Source: the human T2T-CHM13v2.0 reference genome, Homo sapiens. From it: DNA of 64,000 nt. Shown one piece after another: positions 25,914-39,740 of this stretch. Position 1 is the stretch's first letter; each line of letters opens with the position of its first letter. The translations under genes were made by a program, and so were the position numbers. Below the pieces are notes generated by a model. The model was not told where the DNA came from. It saw nothing but the letters and a program-made list of their open reading frames with translations, and did no database searches. Location: the NCBI RefSeq assembly GCF_009914755.1, contig NC_060936.1; one strand, written 5' to 3'.

Positions 25914-26078
25914 CTCAACTTTATCAACAGGTATGTTTTCATAGTTGTACAAATTATCCAGGTCTTCTAAGGTGGCATCATAGGTTTCTGAGTCATAGTT
26001 GATGGACTCTAGAGTTGGGGCAGTCACAGCAGCATCAAAGATGACAAGTCCCAGAACAAGTCCTGCTAATGTCTTCAT
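25914..26078 (-). CDS. EPYC: EPYC exon 2 coding part (codons 1-55): signal peptide and Tyr/acidic N-terminal region; exon spans 25914-26091 with 13 nt of 5'UTR
   Basis: ATG at 26078 (AAAATGA context); acceptor ...taattag|GAAAGC at 26091; donor GAG|gtaatc at 25914; 165 nt, phase 0. Confidence 0.97.
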
Positions 26079-28459
26079 TTTTCAAGCTTTCCTAATTATA
26101 AAATATTAAAATGCATAAATATTTAATTGATAACTTATGAATAGTTTGCACTAAATAGAAATGATAAATTAGTGTCAATATCAAAGAACTCAAGCTGGTA
26201 GCTTTCCTTCCATGGATAATTTATAAACATAACACACAAAATCATCTGATTTCCTAGGACCATTGCTGCCAGATGTTCAAATTAATTCACAAACCTGTCT
26301 CTAATTTTACAGTGGATATTTTAATTACAGTAAAATTTTATTTTATTTTATAGAGAAAAACAGAGCTTATTCACAAAAGCTTTTCATCATCTAATAATTT
26401 TACCATTTAATAAACATTAAGATCCTTCATCAACTCTGGGATATGAAGTTGAAGATGATAAGGATAATGATGATGACGGTGATGATGACTGCAACTGTCA
26501 TACCATTTTATAGGTGAAGAAACTGAGGCAGAGTTGACTGGTAATGCAACTAGGATATCCACAAATAATTCCAATTTCAGTGATCCACAGTGTGGCTTAG
26601 GCATTGGGGTTTTAAAAATAATTTTAAAAATAGGACTCATAACTGTTTCTTGTACATTTAAGTCTAAGGCCTTCTTCAGAACAAAGTAACAAAGTTTTGT
26701 TTGTTTTTTCTGTTACTTCTTTGTAGCCTCTGGACATATAAATACATACATTGTTTAATATGTACGTTAGTATTTCATGCAATATTGTTCAAAATGCTCC
26801 TAATGAAATAGAATAGAAAAAAAATTTCCTTTAGTCCTCAGTATTTTATTTAATTCTTAATAGCTATCTAAGATTTGAACTCAGAACCAACAGGAATACA
26901 TGTTTAAAAGGCACTATTTGGTAAGATTCCCTTGTATGCCTGTGGGATTATAGCCATCTTTGTTTTTTAATTCCTTAATAAGCACAATTCTTATTTTCCA
27001 TTATAACATTATGCTTTTTGAGGATTCAATCAAGATCCTATAATTTAATTATTTTTTTAGTTCTGTATGTACTCATTTGAATACATTTTGGTTTAGAAAA
27101 AAAATCTTCACATTTAATTTGAAACATTTAAGTTAGTCTTACCAAAATGTTACCTAGTGATCCCTTATTGAGCAGGCAAAGTATTGTAAAATTCTGTATC
27201 AAGCATGTCTAATTTTAGAGGCTTTTACATTTGGACACACTTCTTGGGTTTACTTTAAGAACAGTACCTGTGGTGTTACTACCTATGCATACATATAAAA
27301 GGGAATTCATGATAAATATTACTTTTAAACTTGAATGCACTGGCAGACAAAATGACCTTCAGTTACTTGAAAGAAAGCCTTTATGAAGCAGGTTTAGGCA
27401 GAAGGATATGAAATTCCTCTGAGAATAAGAAGCAGTACAAGGAGCTCCTTCTTAGCTCTCCTATGCTTTCTTCAAATAAATTTCTTATTCACACAGGATA
27501 AACTAAGCCTCTATTTCAGTTGCCTTTGCAGAAGTCTTTGCAGGATTGCAGATTTGGAACTGTTCTAGGCAATTACCAACAAAGTCCTACTTAATAAAAC
27601 AGTGGGTTTGCAAATCTTCCAGGAACCATTCTCCCATAATCAAGTTGGAAACATTAACAGAAGCCACTACCAACTTAAAAAAAATTTTTCCTTATATGTT
27701 TCTGGCAACTTCCATTATTCAAAGAAATTATACACTTGCTGGCCTTTTTTCTCACATCATACTATATTTGATTACATATAGCTACATCTCAGAATTTGCT
27801 TGCATTTTGCATCACTCCTAGAGCTATCAACTATAAGGCAGGCTGTGTGAATCTTAAAAATATATACAGCATCTATCTATGTTTAGTTAAAAAATTTATA
27901 TTCCTTTCTTCAAGTAATTGTATTAGCATTTAATGTAGTTTCTTAATTAACACTTTAATTTTGTGTTCACTTTATACCATTTATTAATATTTTAAAATTT
28001 GTGTATTTAAAACTTTCAATATATAGCTCAAAAAAATTTTAAATGCATAATGTCATGTAATCATTACAATACTTTTAATCTCAGGAAATTTCACTATTTC
28101 CTCCCTTTTCACAAAATTTCAATTAATATCAATCAATAGTGCCTGTCTATACTGGCAAAGAATGTGGTCTGTGTCAGGAAACTTTACTTAAGGCATATAT
28201 TGGAAACTACTCTAATTTTATTGGCATCTGTCATGACTACTGAGATTAACTATTTGCTGTATGTTATTAATTCCTAAGCTAATTCAAAATTTTGGATTTT
28301 CCAAGAATAATATAAATACAAAGTCAATAACAAAAATAAACCAAATCCATTGAATCAAAATTCACCAGATGACATTAAGGCAAGTTAAATTATTTTTTAA
28401 AGGTTGTTATAGTAGGGAAAGAACTCTGACCCAAGAAGAAAGCAAGTATAAAAACTTAC

Positions 28460-28539
28460 CTTTGGCTCTGACCTGATGAAATGGCACAAAGTGACTGAGG
28501 ATGCAGAGCTAGTGGTATTTGCCCCTGACCAATGGCTGT
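28460..28539 (-). other. EPYC: EPYC non-coding exon 1 (5'UTR); TSS approximate
   Basis: Consensus donor AAG|gtaagt at 28460; no upstream ATG; begins ~26 nt downstream of a TATAAA. Confidence 0.85.
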
Positions 28540-28564
28540 GAATTCTGGTCTGTGGGAGGTGGAA

Positions 28565-28570
28565 TTTATA
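28565..28570 (-). promoter_or_regulatory. TATA box of the EPYC core promoter (CpG-poor, tissue-specific type)
   Basis: TATAAA on the minus strand (+ strand tttata) 25-30 nt upstream of exon 1; no CpG island. Confidence 0.75.
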
Positions 28571-31500
28571 ACACTCAACTTTCTGTTTGCAAAACCTAAT
28601 ATTGAGAAATACTTCTCAGTCTTTAAAAAACCTCAAATTATTTTATAGTCACCCAAACTAAGCAGTAGGATCCAAATCACATAGTATACAAAGTTCTTGA
28701 AATTATGTTAATGGAGTTATAATTGCCAAAGTATCACCTTAAAATTTTTAAATGGAAAAAGTTGGATTTAACATACCTCATCTGTAACAAACTCACCAAT
28801 TAAGAAATGAAGTTCATGTATACAGTGATACTATAGATGGATATTTTAGTTCTAATAAGAAATAATTTTCCCAAAACTTGAAGTCTTGAATTGCTTTCTT
28901 CACTTTTCATTAATGTTAAGTGAAATTTGGTAAATGTTGCAGAAACCTTACCTGTTTAATATTGGGTAAGTAAAAAAAGATATCCCAATTATTTTGATTG
29001 CATGGAATGCTTTGATAGCAAAACAGGGAAAAATGAACCTTTTGCATAACTTTAAAAAAATTACATCCAGAAGTGATGCATAAATATGATCTGCGTGTTT
29101 TGGGGAGAAAAGGGGCTTTTTTTAAAAAAAGTTATTGTATCTATCATAGACAAATAAATCAAATTACACATTTTTTCCTTAGAATAGGAGCTTTATTTTA
29201 AGCTCTTGTTAACTTCCATGGTTTGTAAAATTGAACTTTAATACAAATATGAAGAGAAAAAATATGCTTTAAATTTCCATACCTCAATTTTACATTGTAT
29301 AAGTCCTAGAGAAAGGTGAAAGTTGCATCTTGTATTCTGGTATGCTTTAGATAAATCTAGGAATTTGGTTCTCACTTATGCTTCAGGAATCTTTTCCTTC
29401 ATGTCTGCAAGTGAATAGATGTATTGAATTTTGAAAGCGGTATTACTCCTGGGCCAAGTGATGGGAGAGAAGAAGGTTTGTCTTTAAGGTTCTCTCACTC
29501 CCCTTCCTGCCTCTGCTCCCATCTTCCCTGCCCTCAAAATGTCTTTGCCCATCTATTCAGGGCATTCTTATTTGTCATCCCCATCATCCAACCCTGTTTC
29601 CAAATGATTTGTTCTTAGTATGCATTGTTTTTCTCAAAAACAATTTTATTTGGAGCAGAAACAGTGATAATGGGTAATGTATGAAGTCTACCAAGACCTC
29701 TCAAAAAATAGAGAGGCCATCTTGGAGACAGGAACTTATTTCTGGCATCTGTGAAGTCTCACCCCACCATATAAAGGCCACTTTTAGAAGCAGTGCTGGA
29801 AAGATGCCTGAATCCAAGTTTCTAGGCTTGTCCTCTTTAGAAGCAAGGTCCACGTGGGGTGTCAGGTGATTTCATATATGATTGTTAATCACCTCAACAC
29901 ATTCTTAAGCAGAGTGCTTACCACTATTCACAGATGGGACTACTGAGACTCAGATGATAAATGATACAGCACCATGTGTGACACAAAAAAAGAGGAAATC
30001 AACTTGGCTTTTCTCTGTGTCAGGTCCCTAGACATGATTGAGTCTGTCTGAGGGATACGTGTATACACAAAAAGGCAGTGTTAGCTCTCAGTTCCACGCA
30101 TTTCTGATTCAAAGCCTATTTATCTGTCACTAGCTTCAGGCTCTGCTGAATGTTTTAGAAGAAACAACAGATTCCTTGAGTATCTATGAAAATACCAACT
30201 TTCTTCCTTTTCCCTCAATATTTGATCTAGTACTCTGTGCACCTTGTTAGGTGACAGAGAGGTGAGAGCTACCTAGCTTCTTGCTTTCTGGAGGGCTCTG
30301 GTTAAACTTACAAGACTATTTCCAGAAATATTGTTTCGACACTATCCTTTGTTGAACTGTTGGTGTTTAAATTGTGTCTTCCTTAGGCTTCAGAACACTG
30401 TGCAGTTGAAGTCCGATTTTCATGACAATTTAAAGGCCAAACTACTTGCCTTTGTGTAGCATTGCAAGCAGAAATGATCATTCTTGAACCTTTTCTTCCT
30501 CCAAATAAATACGATTTTTACATTTCCTTGTAACAGTTGATTTCTTAAATCATTTCTCTATCTTATTGGGACCCTCTCCAATATTTCAAAATCTATTTTG
30601 AAGTGTGAGCCCTCAAATTGGTTACAATCACTCGAGGACCTAATCAAGACTGAGCAGTGAGGAAGGATAAGTTACCAGCTCCAGCCTTTCTTATCCTTGG
30701 TGAATATCTTCTAGTCTCATGATAATTTTCTTAGTAGTGCCCATGCTTGGTTATTAGAAACCCTTGGGTGATCAGTTATTATGACTCCTGGCATTATTTA
30801 GAAACAGAGGCTTTGCAGCTTTATCTCTTTAAGCCCCAAAACACTTTACAAAACCTTTTGACTGTAACTCTTTACAAAATTAATTAAACACCGCTCTGCT
30901 TGCTTAAACAGAATTAATTTTAAACTAAACACAGTTTTCTCCCAGTGATTACTTTCTCTCTGTTCTACAGCAAAGGTGAGCAGACACTGTGAGGACAGCC
31001 CCGTGCTGCCTGCCCTTGCCCCTGACTTCAAAAGGTGACATTATTAAGAGCTATGGGAGGGTGTAGATATTCCACCTCACTGATTATAAGGGAAAACAAA
31101 AAAAAAACAACAACAAAAATTCACTGCAATGATTACCTATCTTCCAAAAAAGAACTATTAAGATAAGCCTCATGTTGTCTCAGAGGCCTCCTACTCAGCA
31201 GAAATCCAAAGCCCCAGGCCTTCATATCACCATAAACCCACATGTACCATGCTGATTTTATCCAATCTTCTCCTCCCAGTATCTTTCAAGCCTTCTCTGC
31301 AATATTTGTCTCAGCTTCTTTCAGAAAATCTTCCTTTATTTCCATTACCTTAAAAGAATCTGGCTGTCTCCTGACAAAGGTTTTCCTCTGCAGTCCTTTC
31401 AAAGTGGTGGTTGGTTGGCTGTTCGTCCTCCCCCACATAATTTAAGAATGGAGAGTTTTTTTGTGCTCTGCATTTTCTCTCCGAAATGATCTCTTTACTT

Positions 31501-33129
31501 TTTCAAAAACATTATTCATTCTGAAACTCAACATGTGGCTTAGTTACCCACAACATCCTCCCTGTCATCAGCTGCTAGACATCCTTGTCCAGCTCTTTTA
31601 TGGTTGATGACTTTTGCAACTGGTTCATTCATTCCCTCCATACATGTCCATCATCATTCACAATTACATGAACCTCCATGTGTGATCCATCTATCATGGT
31701 GGCCTGGTGGTTGCTTTGTCTTCTCACATGTAGAAGTTACCACATTCCTACCCAGCCTCTCACCATCATTGTTGAACCCATCAGCTTGTTATCACCAGGC
31801 ATTATATAACCTACCAGTAGGGTACTGTTATCATTTGTCTTTTTGCCTCATGAGACTTTCATTCCATAGACCTCATCACTTTTTTACCATCCATTAAAAC
31901 TTCTATCTTCACTTTCTCCTTACCCTTGGATTCCATGGGCCATTATCATAATTACTCCCTTTCAAACACTTTTGCTCTTTCTCTTTTCCCTTCTATTATA
32001 CTCACCAGGGAAAACCTCAACTTTGGTTTAGCACAACTCCCAAGTGTCTCCCATTCTGCATCTGAGAAACTGTATATTACTAGTGAAGATCACATACAAT
32101 GACAATTGGTTTCACTTCAAGTTCTTTCAGATAAGCTTCAACCTTGGCTGGCAGATCTAGTGTGTTTCTAACGTTGATCCCCTTTCCAACATTAAGATGA
32201 ATATTTTATAACATAATTTCTGTCTTCAAAGATCCTATATTCCATTTCTCTGCACTGAAAAGATAGAAGTCATCAGAGAAATAGTTAACTTTCCACTATC
32301 AAATTCACCTGCACTTCTGCGTATCTTCTTTGACTTCCCTGTTACAACAGTGCAAGAAGTAAAAAATAAATTCCCATTCCTAGGCTCCTATTCCCTTTTC
32401 TCTTCTCAAGGGTTGTGTTTATTCAGTTGTCTCCTCCTTCTACGTAAAGTATCCCATGCTTCTACTAGATCGATTCCATGTAAATGCACACATTCTCTGA
32501 GCATGGGGTCAGGCAGGTATTCTATATAAACCAAATGAACTGAATTAAAGTCAATCGAAAGTGGTAGATACAACAGCAAATTAGAGAGAACATGCTAAGT
32601 CTAAAGGAATTCAAAATCAAATGATTTAAAATTACTATAGAATCCAAAAATGTATCTGCAGATTTAATTCAGTCTATAAATCCTTCAAATTTGATTTCTG
32701 CAATTATGCTTTTTTTTTAACAATATAATGGCCCTTGAAGTCTACATTTTCATCTGCTACAGTCCTATTTTTAAGTGCCCTTTTTCAGAAAAATAAATTC
32801 CCAAATAAACAGTATGCATTGGCTGTTTCTGCTTGCTCTGTTCCCATTCACTCATCATTTCACTGCAGTCTGGGTTCTGTATGAATGGTTTTCTGGCTTT
32901 GTCTTAATTAATGTCCCAGCAGCCTACCTTGGTCTTGATGTGGTTTTTCTCTGACCACATGAGCTATGCTTTCTCAGTTTCTTTGTTTGCCTTCTTTTTC
33001 TTGACCCAACCTCTAACTTTTAGAGTGCCTCAGGTTTTAATCATATGATTCATCTTTTCTCTAGTTATCCTTTCTCTGTGGGTGACCTCACCTGCTTCCA
33101 TGCTATAATTACAACAAAAACAATAATAT

Positions 33130-33308
33130 GTTAACAATAACTAGTTTTGAATACATACTATGAGCCTGACATTGCTTATTATCCTCATCTATGGAAGAGG
33201 AAACTAAGGTCCAGGGAGGTTAAGTGACTTCAACAAATAAGAAGCAGAGCCAAAATCAAAGCTGAGCAGTCTGGCAGCAAAGCCCAAGTTCTTAACCACA
33301 ACACTGAG
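33130..33308 (-). mobile_element. MIR SINE inserted in L2
   Basis: gaggaaactaaggtccagggaggttaagtgactt. Confidence 0.75.
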
Positions 33309-33799
33309 CTAACATTTTATGTGTAAATTGTCCAGCTTTACATCCTCAGCCCTCATGTTTTATTCTGAGTCAAAGATTCATATATGCCGTTGACTACTTA
33401 GAACTTGACATCTTCACTTGGATGTCTAATTAGAAAATCACAATACACCTGATATGATGGCTTTTAGACCCACTCTAAGCTTTGACCGTCTCCTCTTCCC
33501 AGTGATTAGGTGGTATCACATTACCCTAGTTGGCTCCAGCCCAAAGCCATAAAATTGCTATTGATTTCTTCCATTTCCTAATGTTTCCCCCTCCATCCAA
33601 TCTATCAAAAGAAATTAATTCTACTACAGATGTATCTCATTTCACAATCATCTCTCTCTGGTACTACCAGAAAAGCATATTACCAAGTCTTCCTGCTTCC
33701 TTTTTTTTCTGTTTCTATCATTCATTCATCAAACACGAGCCAGAGAGATAAAGAAAAAACTACATAAAACTCCACATTTTCTGTCTGTGTGTTTTATCT

Positions 33800-34660
33800 A
33801 CTTTATTTTATTTTTAAATTATATTGCTTGATTTTTTTCATTATAAAGTTCTGGGATACATGTGCAGAATGTGCAGGTTTGTTACATAGGTATTCACGTG
33901 CCATGGTGGTTTGCTGCACCCGTCGATCTGTCATCTACATTAGGTATTTCTCCTAATGCTATCCCTCCCCTAGCCCACCACCCACTGACAGGCCCCAGTG
34001 TATGATGTTCCTCTCCCTGTGTCCATGTGTTCTTGTTGTTCAATTCCCACTTATGAGTGAGAACATGTGGTGTTTGGTCTTCTGTTCCTATGTTAGTTTG
34101 CTGAGAATGATGGTTTCCAGCTTCATCCATGTCCCTACAAAGGACATGAACTTTTTTATGGCTGCATGGTATTCCATGGTGTATATGTGCTACATTTGCT
34201 TTATCCAGTCTATCATTGATGGGCATTTGGATTGGTTCCAAGTCTTTGTTACTGCAAACACTGCTGCAATTAACATACATGTGCATGTGTCTTTATAGTA
34301 GTATGATTTATAATTCTTTGGGTTTATACCCAGTAATTGGATTGCTGGGTCAAATGGTATTTCTGGTTCTAGATCCTTGAGGAATTGCCACACTGCCTTC
34401 CACAATGGTTGAACTAATTTACACTCCCACCAACAGTGTAAAAGCATTCTTATTTCTTCACATCCTCTCCAGCATCTGTTGTTTCCTGACTTTGCAATCA
34501 TCGCCATTCTAACTGGTGTGAGATGGTATCACATTGTGCTTTCGATTTGCATTTCTCTAATGACCAGTGATGGTGAGCTTTTTTTCACAGGTTTATTGGC
34601 CACATAGATGTCTTATTTTGAGAAGTGTCTGCTCATATCCTTTGCCCACATTTTTTTTTC
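33800..34660 (-). mobile_element. 5'-truncated L1PA (L1PA7/8-like) 3' end
   Basis: ORF2 C-terminus ([27 protein letters not shown]) plus L1PA 3'UTR. Confidence 0.93.
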
Positions 34661-36628
34661 TTTGCAAACATTGAATAGCTTCACATTTCTCTTTGAGTGA
34701 AATCAAAACTCAAGCCATGGCCTGCAAAGCTCCCCATCAGCTAGATCCTCCCTATTTTTCCAAGCTTAGGTCAAGCACCTCTTCCTCAGTCACTCTACTT
34801 CAGTCATGTGGGTGACCTTTCTGTTCTGGAATCAAGCCAAATCAGTGTATCCTCAAAATACTGCACTTAATATTTGTTTCCACACTTTAGAATGGCTGCC
34901 TCACTTTTTAAACTTCTGCATAAATATCCCCTCAAAAGAGGCTTCCCCTGACCCCCTCCACATCAAGGTAGACCCTCTTCCTTCCCATTATAGTCTACAC
35001 AACCTCCACATTTGTTTCTTTATAGCTCTTGCCATATTCTGTTATGTTTTTCTATTCTTACATATGTCTGTCCAAGGTGAATAAATATACTTTACTGGTC
35101 AGATTTACAGTTGTATTCTCAGTGCCTAAGATAGTCCTTGACTCAAAGTTTATGCTCAGTATTTTTGAATGAATTAATCAATTAATGAAATCATGAATTA
35201 ATAAATAATGAATAACCATTATGATTTGCTTGAGCTATTCTAATATATAGAAGGTTGTTTGTATTTATGATAATGATAACAGGTTCTTGACCAACACACT
35301 AAATTAATTCCTTTTCCTGTTTTTTTAATTACTTTTTTTCTGTTATTTCTAGCCAAACTACCAAGCTGTTCAGTGACACTTTTCAAGCTGCTATTCATGG
35401 GCTTCTGGAAGTGAGGTTTTACTTTTATTTGCTGCTAAGACTTTCTTATGTCACCTACAAAGATACATGGCATGGACTTTTGATGAGAATCTGAAAGAGT
35501 TTCTGTACCACTTAAGACTCTGTCTGGCTAAAAGTTAAGAAAACCAAAAATCAAACTGGCTTAGGAAAAGATAATTGATTTGCCCAAGTAACAGAAAAGT
35601 ACAAGTTTCTTTTTCAAGAAAGCTTCCTTTTGTAAGCATCATTCTCAGATGGGTTTCCAAATGGAGGAGATGGCTACAGCTGCTCTGTATCTTACAATTT
35701 TTTTCAGGTTGAAATCCAGAATTGAGGAATTATTTATTCTAGAAAGCCCTCCAAAATATTTTCTTTGTGTAGTCGATTCTGATCAAACTACATACTCATC
35801 ACAAAAAAGCAGGGGGGTGGGATTTGGGGGAATTAAGAGTCCTAATTCGCTGAATCTTCATGTCATTCAAAGCTCTACTCAAATGTCAAATGTTACTTCA
35901 GTTGCTTCTTCCGTGACCACTTCATTTAAAATATATACAACTTCATTATAACACTTAGAACTATATGACATGATTACATAAATTATTAGTTTATGTATAT
36001 CCTCCACCAGAATGTTATCTCCATGAAAACACGGTTTATCATTTTTGTCTACTGCTGTATTCCTAGCCTATAATACATAGCAGGCATTCAGCAAGTATTT
36101 GTCAGTTAAATACATGAACTGACTTAGACCTTAGGACAAATGCTTTCATCCCTTAGTTTTAAGAGAACTAAAAAAAGGGTGGAGTGGTTCTCAGCAGGGA
36201 CTAGTAAAAGAATAGCAAATGGATCATGAGTAGTAGTAGTCTTTGAACCTTAGCACGTGGCCTTTCTGACACCTGTTTTGGCTAAGCTGAAGCCTCTAGC
36301 ATTTCTCAGTCTTATCTGTGTTCCAAATGAATTGGATGCAAGATACTCATAGTTCAATTGATAAACAATATGTTATAGTAATATTATTAAATCTCTGCTT
36401 CATGAATAGCATGTGGTACACTGTATTTATCATATCACTTTTCACAATACACATGCTATATCAATAATAAAATAATAGTTACAGTCAACCACTATGAATA
36501 CTCATTTTATCATTATAATTTGGGCTTCAGATTCTTCTCTTTTACTTGCCTTTTTTATATTACTTTTTTTTAAAAAGCTTATTGTTTTGGTATGCATCAT
36601 GTCTTTTATCATTATAAAAAGAATAAGA

Positions 36629-38020
36629 ACTAGATATGTTATTCTCTTTGTGGCTATTTTGAATAGGATTGCATTTTTTGATTTAGCTCTCAGCTTGGAT
36701 ATTATTGATGTATAGAAGTGCTACCGATTTTTATGTGTTGATTTTGTATCCTGAAACTTTGCCGAAATCTTTTATCAGATCTAGGAGCCTTTGGGCAGAG
36801 CGCAGAGACCATGTGGTTTTCTAGGTATAGAATCATATCACCTGAAAAGAGAGAGAGTTTAATATCCTCTCTTTCTATTTGGATGCCTTTTCTTACATTT
36901 CTTTCTCTTGTCTCCTCTGGCTAGGACTTCCAGAACTATGTCGAATGGGATGGGGAAAGTGGGAATCCTTGTGTTGTTCCAGTCCTTAAGGGGAATGCAT
37001 CCAGCTTTTGCCTGTTCAGTATGATGTTGGCTGTGGGTTTTTTCATAGCTAGCTCTTATTACTTTGAGATATGTTCCTTTAATGTCTAGTTTGTTAAGCG
37101 TTATTAACATGGAGGGATGTTGAATTTTATTAAAAGCCTTTTCTGCATCTATGGGAATGATCATGTGGTTTTTGTTTTTCAGTTTTATGTGATGATTTAC
37201 ATATGTTGAACCAACCTGGCATCCCACGGATAAGGCCTTCTTGATTGTGGTGGATTAGACTTTTGGTGTGCTGCTAGATTCGGTTTGCTAGTAGTTTGCT
37301 AAGGATTTTTGCGTCTATGTTGGTCAGCAATATTAGCCTGAAGTTTTCTTTTGTTGTTGTTGTGTTTCTGCCAGGTTTTGGTATCAGAATGATGCTCGCC
37401 TCATAGAATGAGTTAGGAAGTAGTTCCTCCTCCTTGATTTTTTGGAATAGTTTCAGTAGGATTGATACCAGCTCTTCTTTATAAATCTTGTGGAATTTGG
37501 CAGTGAATCCATCTTGTCCAGGACTTTTTCTGTTTTTTTTTTAATTAATGATTCAATTTAGGAATTTGTTATTGGTCTGTGCAGTTTTAATTTCTTCTTG
37601 ATTCCATCCTGGGAAGTTATTTGTTTCCAGGAATTTATCCATTTATTCTGAATTTTCTAGTTTGTGTGCATAGTGGTGATTATAGTTGTCTCTGAGTGGT
37701 TTTTGTTTGTTTGTTTTGTATTTCTATGGGGTCAGTGATAATGTATCTTTTGCCATTTCTGATTGTGCTGTTTGAATCTTCTCTCTTTTTTATTAGTCTA
37801 AGTAGCAGTCTATCCATCATATTTATTCTTTCAAATATCCAGCTTTGAGTTTTGTTGATGTTTTGTATGGGTTCTCACATCTCCATTTCATTCAATTCAG
37901 CTCTTTTTTTTTTTTTCCTGCTAGCTTTGGTGTCAGTTTTCTCTTGATTTTCTAGTTCCTCTAGGTATGATGTTAGGTGGATCATTTGAATTATTTCTAA
38001 TTTTTTTGATGTGTGATGTA
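36629..38020 (-). mobile_element. Inverted 5' segment of an L1PA15/16-like element (ORF2 RT region)
   Basis: [20 protein letters not shown] on the minus strand. Confidence 0.9.
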
Positions 38021-39740
38021 GAATATCTCTACTATAAGAATTACAAAACGCTGCTGAAAGAAATCAGAGATGACATAAACAAATGGAAAAAACATTCCAT
38101 GCTCATGGATAGGAAGAATCAATATTGTTAAATGACTATATTGTCCAGAGGAATTTACATGTTTAATTATATTCCCACAAACTACCAACAACATTTTTTT
38201 CACAAAATTAGAAAAAACTATTCTAAAATTCATATGTAACCAAGAAAGTGCCTGAATACTGAAAGCAATTCTAAGCAAAAATAACAAAGCTGGAAATAGC
38301 ACACTACCCAACTTCAAACTATAATAAAAGGCTACAGTAATCAAAACAGCATGATACTGGTACGAAAACAGACACATAGACCAATGGAACAGGTTAGAGA
38401 ACCGAGAAATAAAGGTGAACACCTACAACCATCTGATCTTCAAAAAATTGAAAGAACAAGTAATTAGGAAAGGACTTTGTATTTAATAAGTGGTGCTGAG
38501 ATAACTGGCTAACCATATGCAGAAGATTGAAACTGAACCCCTTTCTTTCATCATATACAAAAATCAACTCAAGATGGATTAAAGACTTAAATATAAAACC
38601 AGAAACAAAAAAAAAACCTAGAAGAAAACCTAGGAAATACCATTCTTGACACAGACCCTGGCAACATTTCATGATGAAAACTCCAAAAGCAATTGCAACA
38701 ACACCAAAAGTGATAAGTAGGACCTAATTAAATTGAAGAACTTCTGCACAGCAAAATAAACTATCAACAGAGTAAACCGACAACCTACAGAATGGGAGAA
38801 AATATTTGGAAACTATGCATCTGACAAAAAAGCTAACCTGGAATCTATAAGGGATTTAAACAAATTAAACAGCAAAAAGAAACAAACCCCATTAAATGGG
38901 CAAAGTACATGAACAGACACTTCTGAAAAGAAGACATACACATGATCAACAAGCTTATGATAAAATGCACCACGACTAATTATTAGAGAAATTCCAATTA
39001 AAACCACAATGAGATACCATCTTATATCAGTCAGAATGGGTATTATTAAAGTCAGAAAATAACAGATGTTAGCAAAGTTGTAGAGAAAAGAGAATTCTTA
39101 TACAATGCTGGTGGGAATCTAAATATTTCAGCCTCTGTGAACAGCAGTTTGGAAACTCCCAAAGAACTTAGAACTATCAGTTGACTAACAATCCTGTTAT
39201 ATGGGTATACAACAAATTAAATATAAATTGTTCTACCAAAAAGACATTCTCTCATATGTTCATTGCAACAATATTTACAATAGCAAAAACATGGAATCCA
39301 CCTAGAAGCCCATAAACAGTGGACCGGATAATGGATAATGAAAATGTGGTACATGTAAATGATGGAATACTATGCAGCCATAAAAAAGAATGAGATCATG
39401 TCCTTTACGGGAATGTGGCTAGCGCTAGAGGCCATTATCCTAAATGAATTAATGAAGGAATAGAAAAACAAATACCACATGTTATCACTCATAAATGGGA
39501 GCTAAACAATGAGTACACATGAACATAAAGAAGGAAATAATAGACACTGGGGCCTACTTGAGGGTGGAGCTTGGGAAGGGGGTAAGGATTGAAAAACTAC
39601 CTATTGGGTACTCTGCTCATTAGGTGGGTGATGAAATTTGTATACCAAACCCCAGCAATATACAACTTACTCATGTAACAAACTTGCACACGTACCTCCT
39701 CTCAATCCTAAAATAAAAGTTGTAAGTAAAAGTAAAAATT
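38021..39740 (+). mobile_element. Non-inverted 3' segment of the same L1PA15/16-like element
   Basis: ORF2 3' half and 3'UTR ..gaaaaactacctattgggtact..aaccccagc..cctaaaataaaagttg with A-rich tail. Confidence 0.92.

Larger units (their letters stand above)
1..28539 (-). other. EPYC: EPYC gene, 5' portion (exons 1-3, introns 1-2, start of intron 3); gene continues beyond the left edge
   Basis: Exons 2+3 splice in frame to MKTLAGLVLGLVIFDAAVTAPTLESINYDSETYD...VDKVE|IEIATVMPSGNRELL...GPHTNE, the recognisable N-terminus of human epiphycan; all junctions are GT-AG. Confidence 0.97.
31150..35215 (+). mobile_element. Long fragmented L2 relic interrupted by MIR and L1PA
   Basis: Pyrimidine-rich L2 ORF2-like tracts, catcttcacttggatgtcta motif, 3' end tttttgaatgaattaat. 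Confidence 0.7.

Noticed and set aside
29979-30022. Imperfect inverted repeat TGACACA...TGTGTCA
   Set aside because: Short, mismatched stem next to a MIR fragment; plausible by chance.
33894-39007. Several 90-140 aa ORFs
   Set aside because: L1 ORF2 remnants or their antisense frames.
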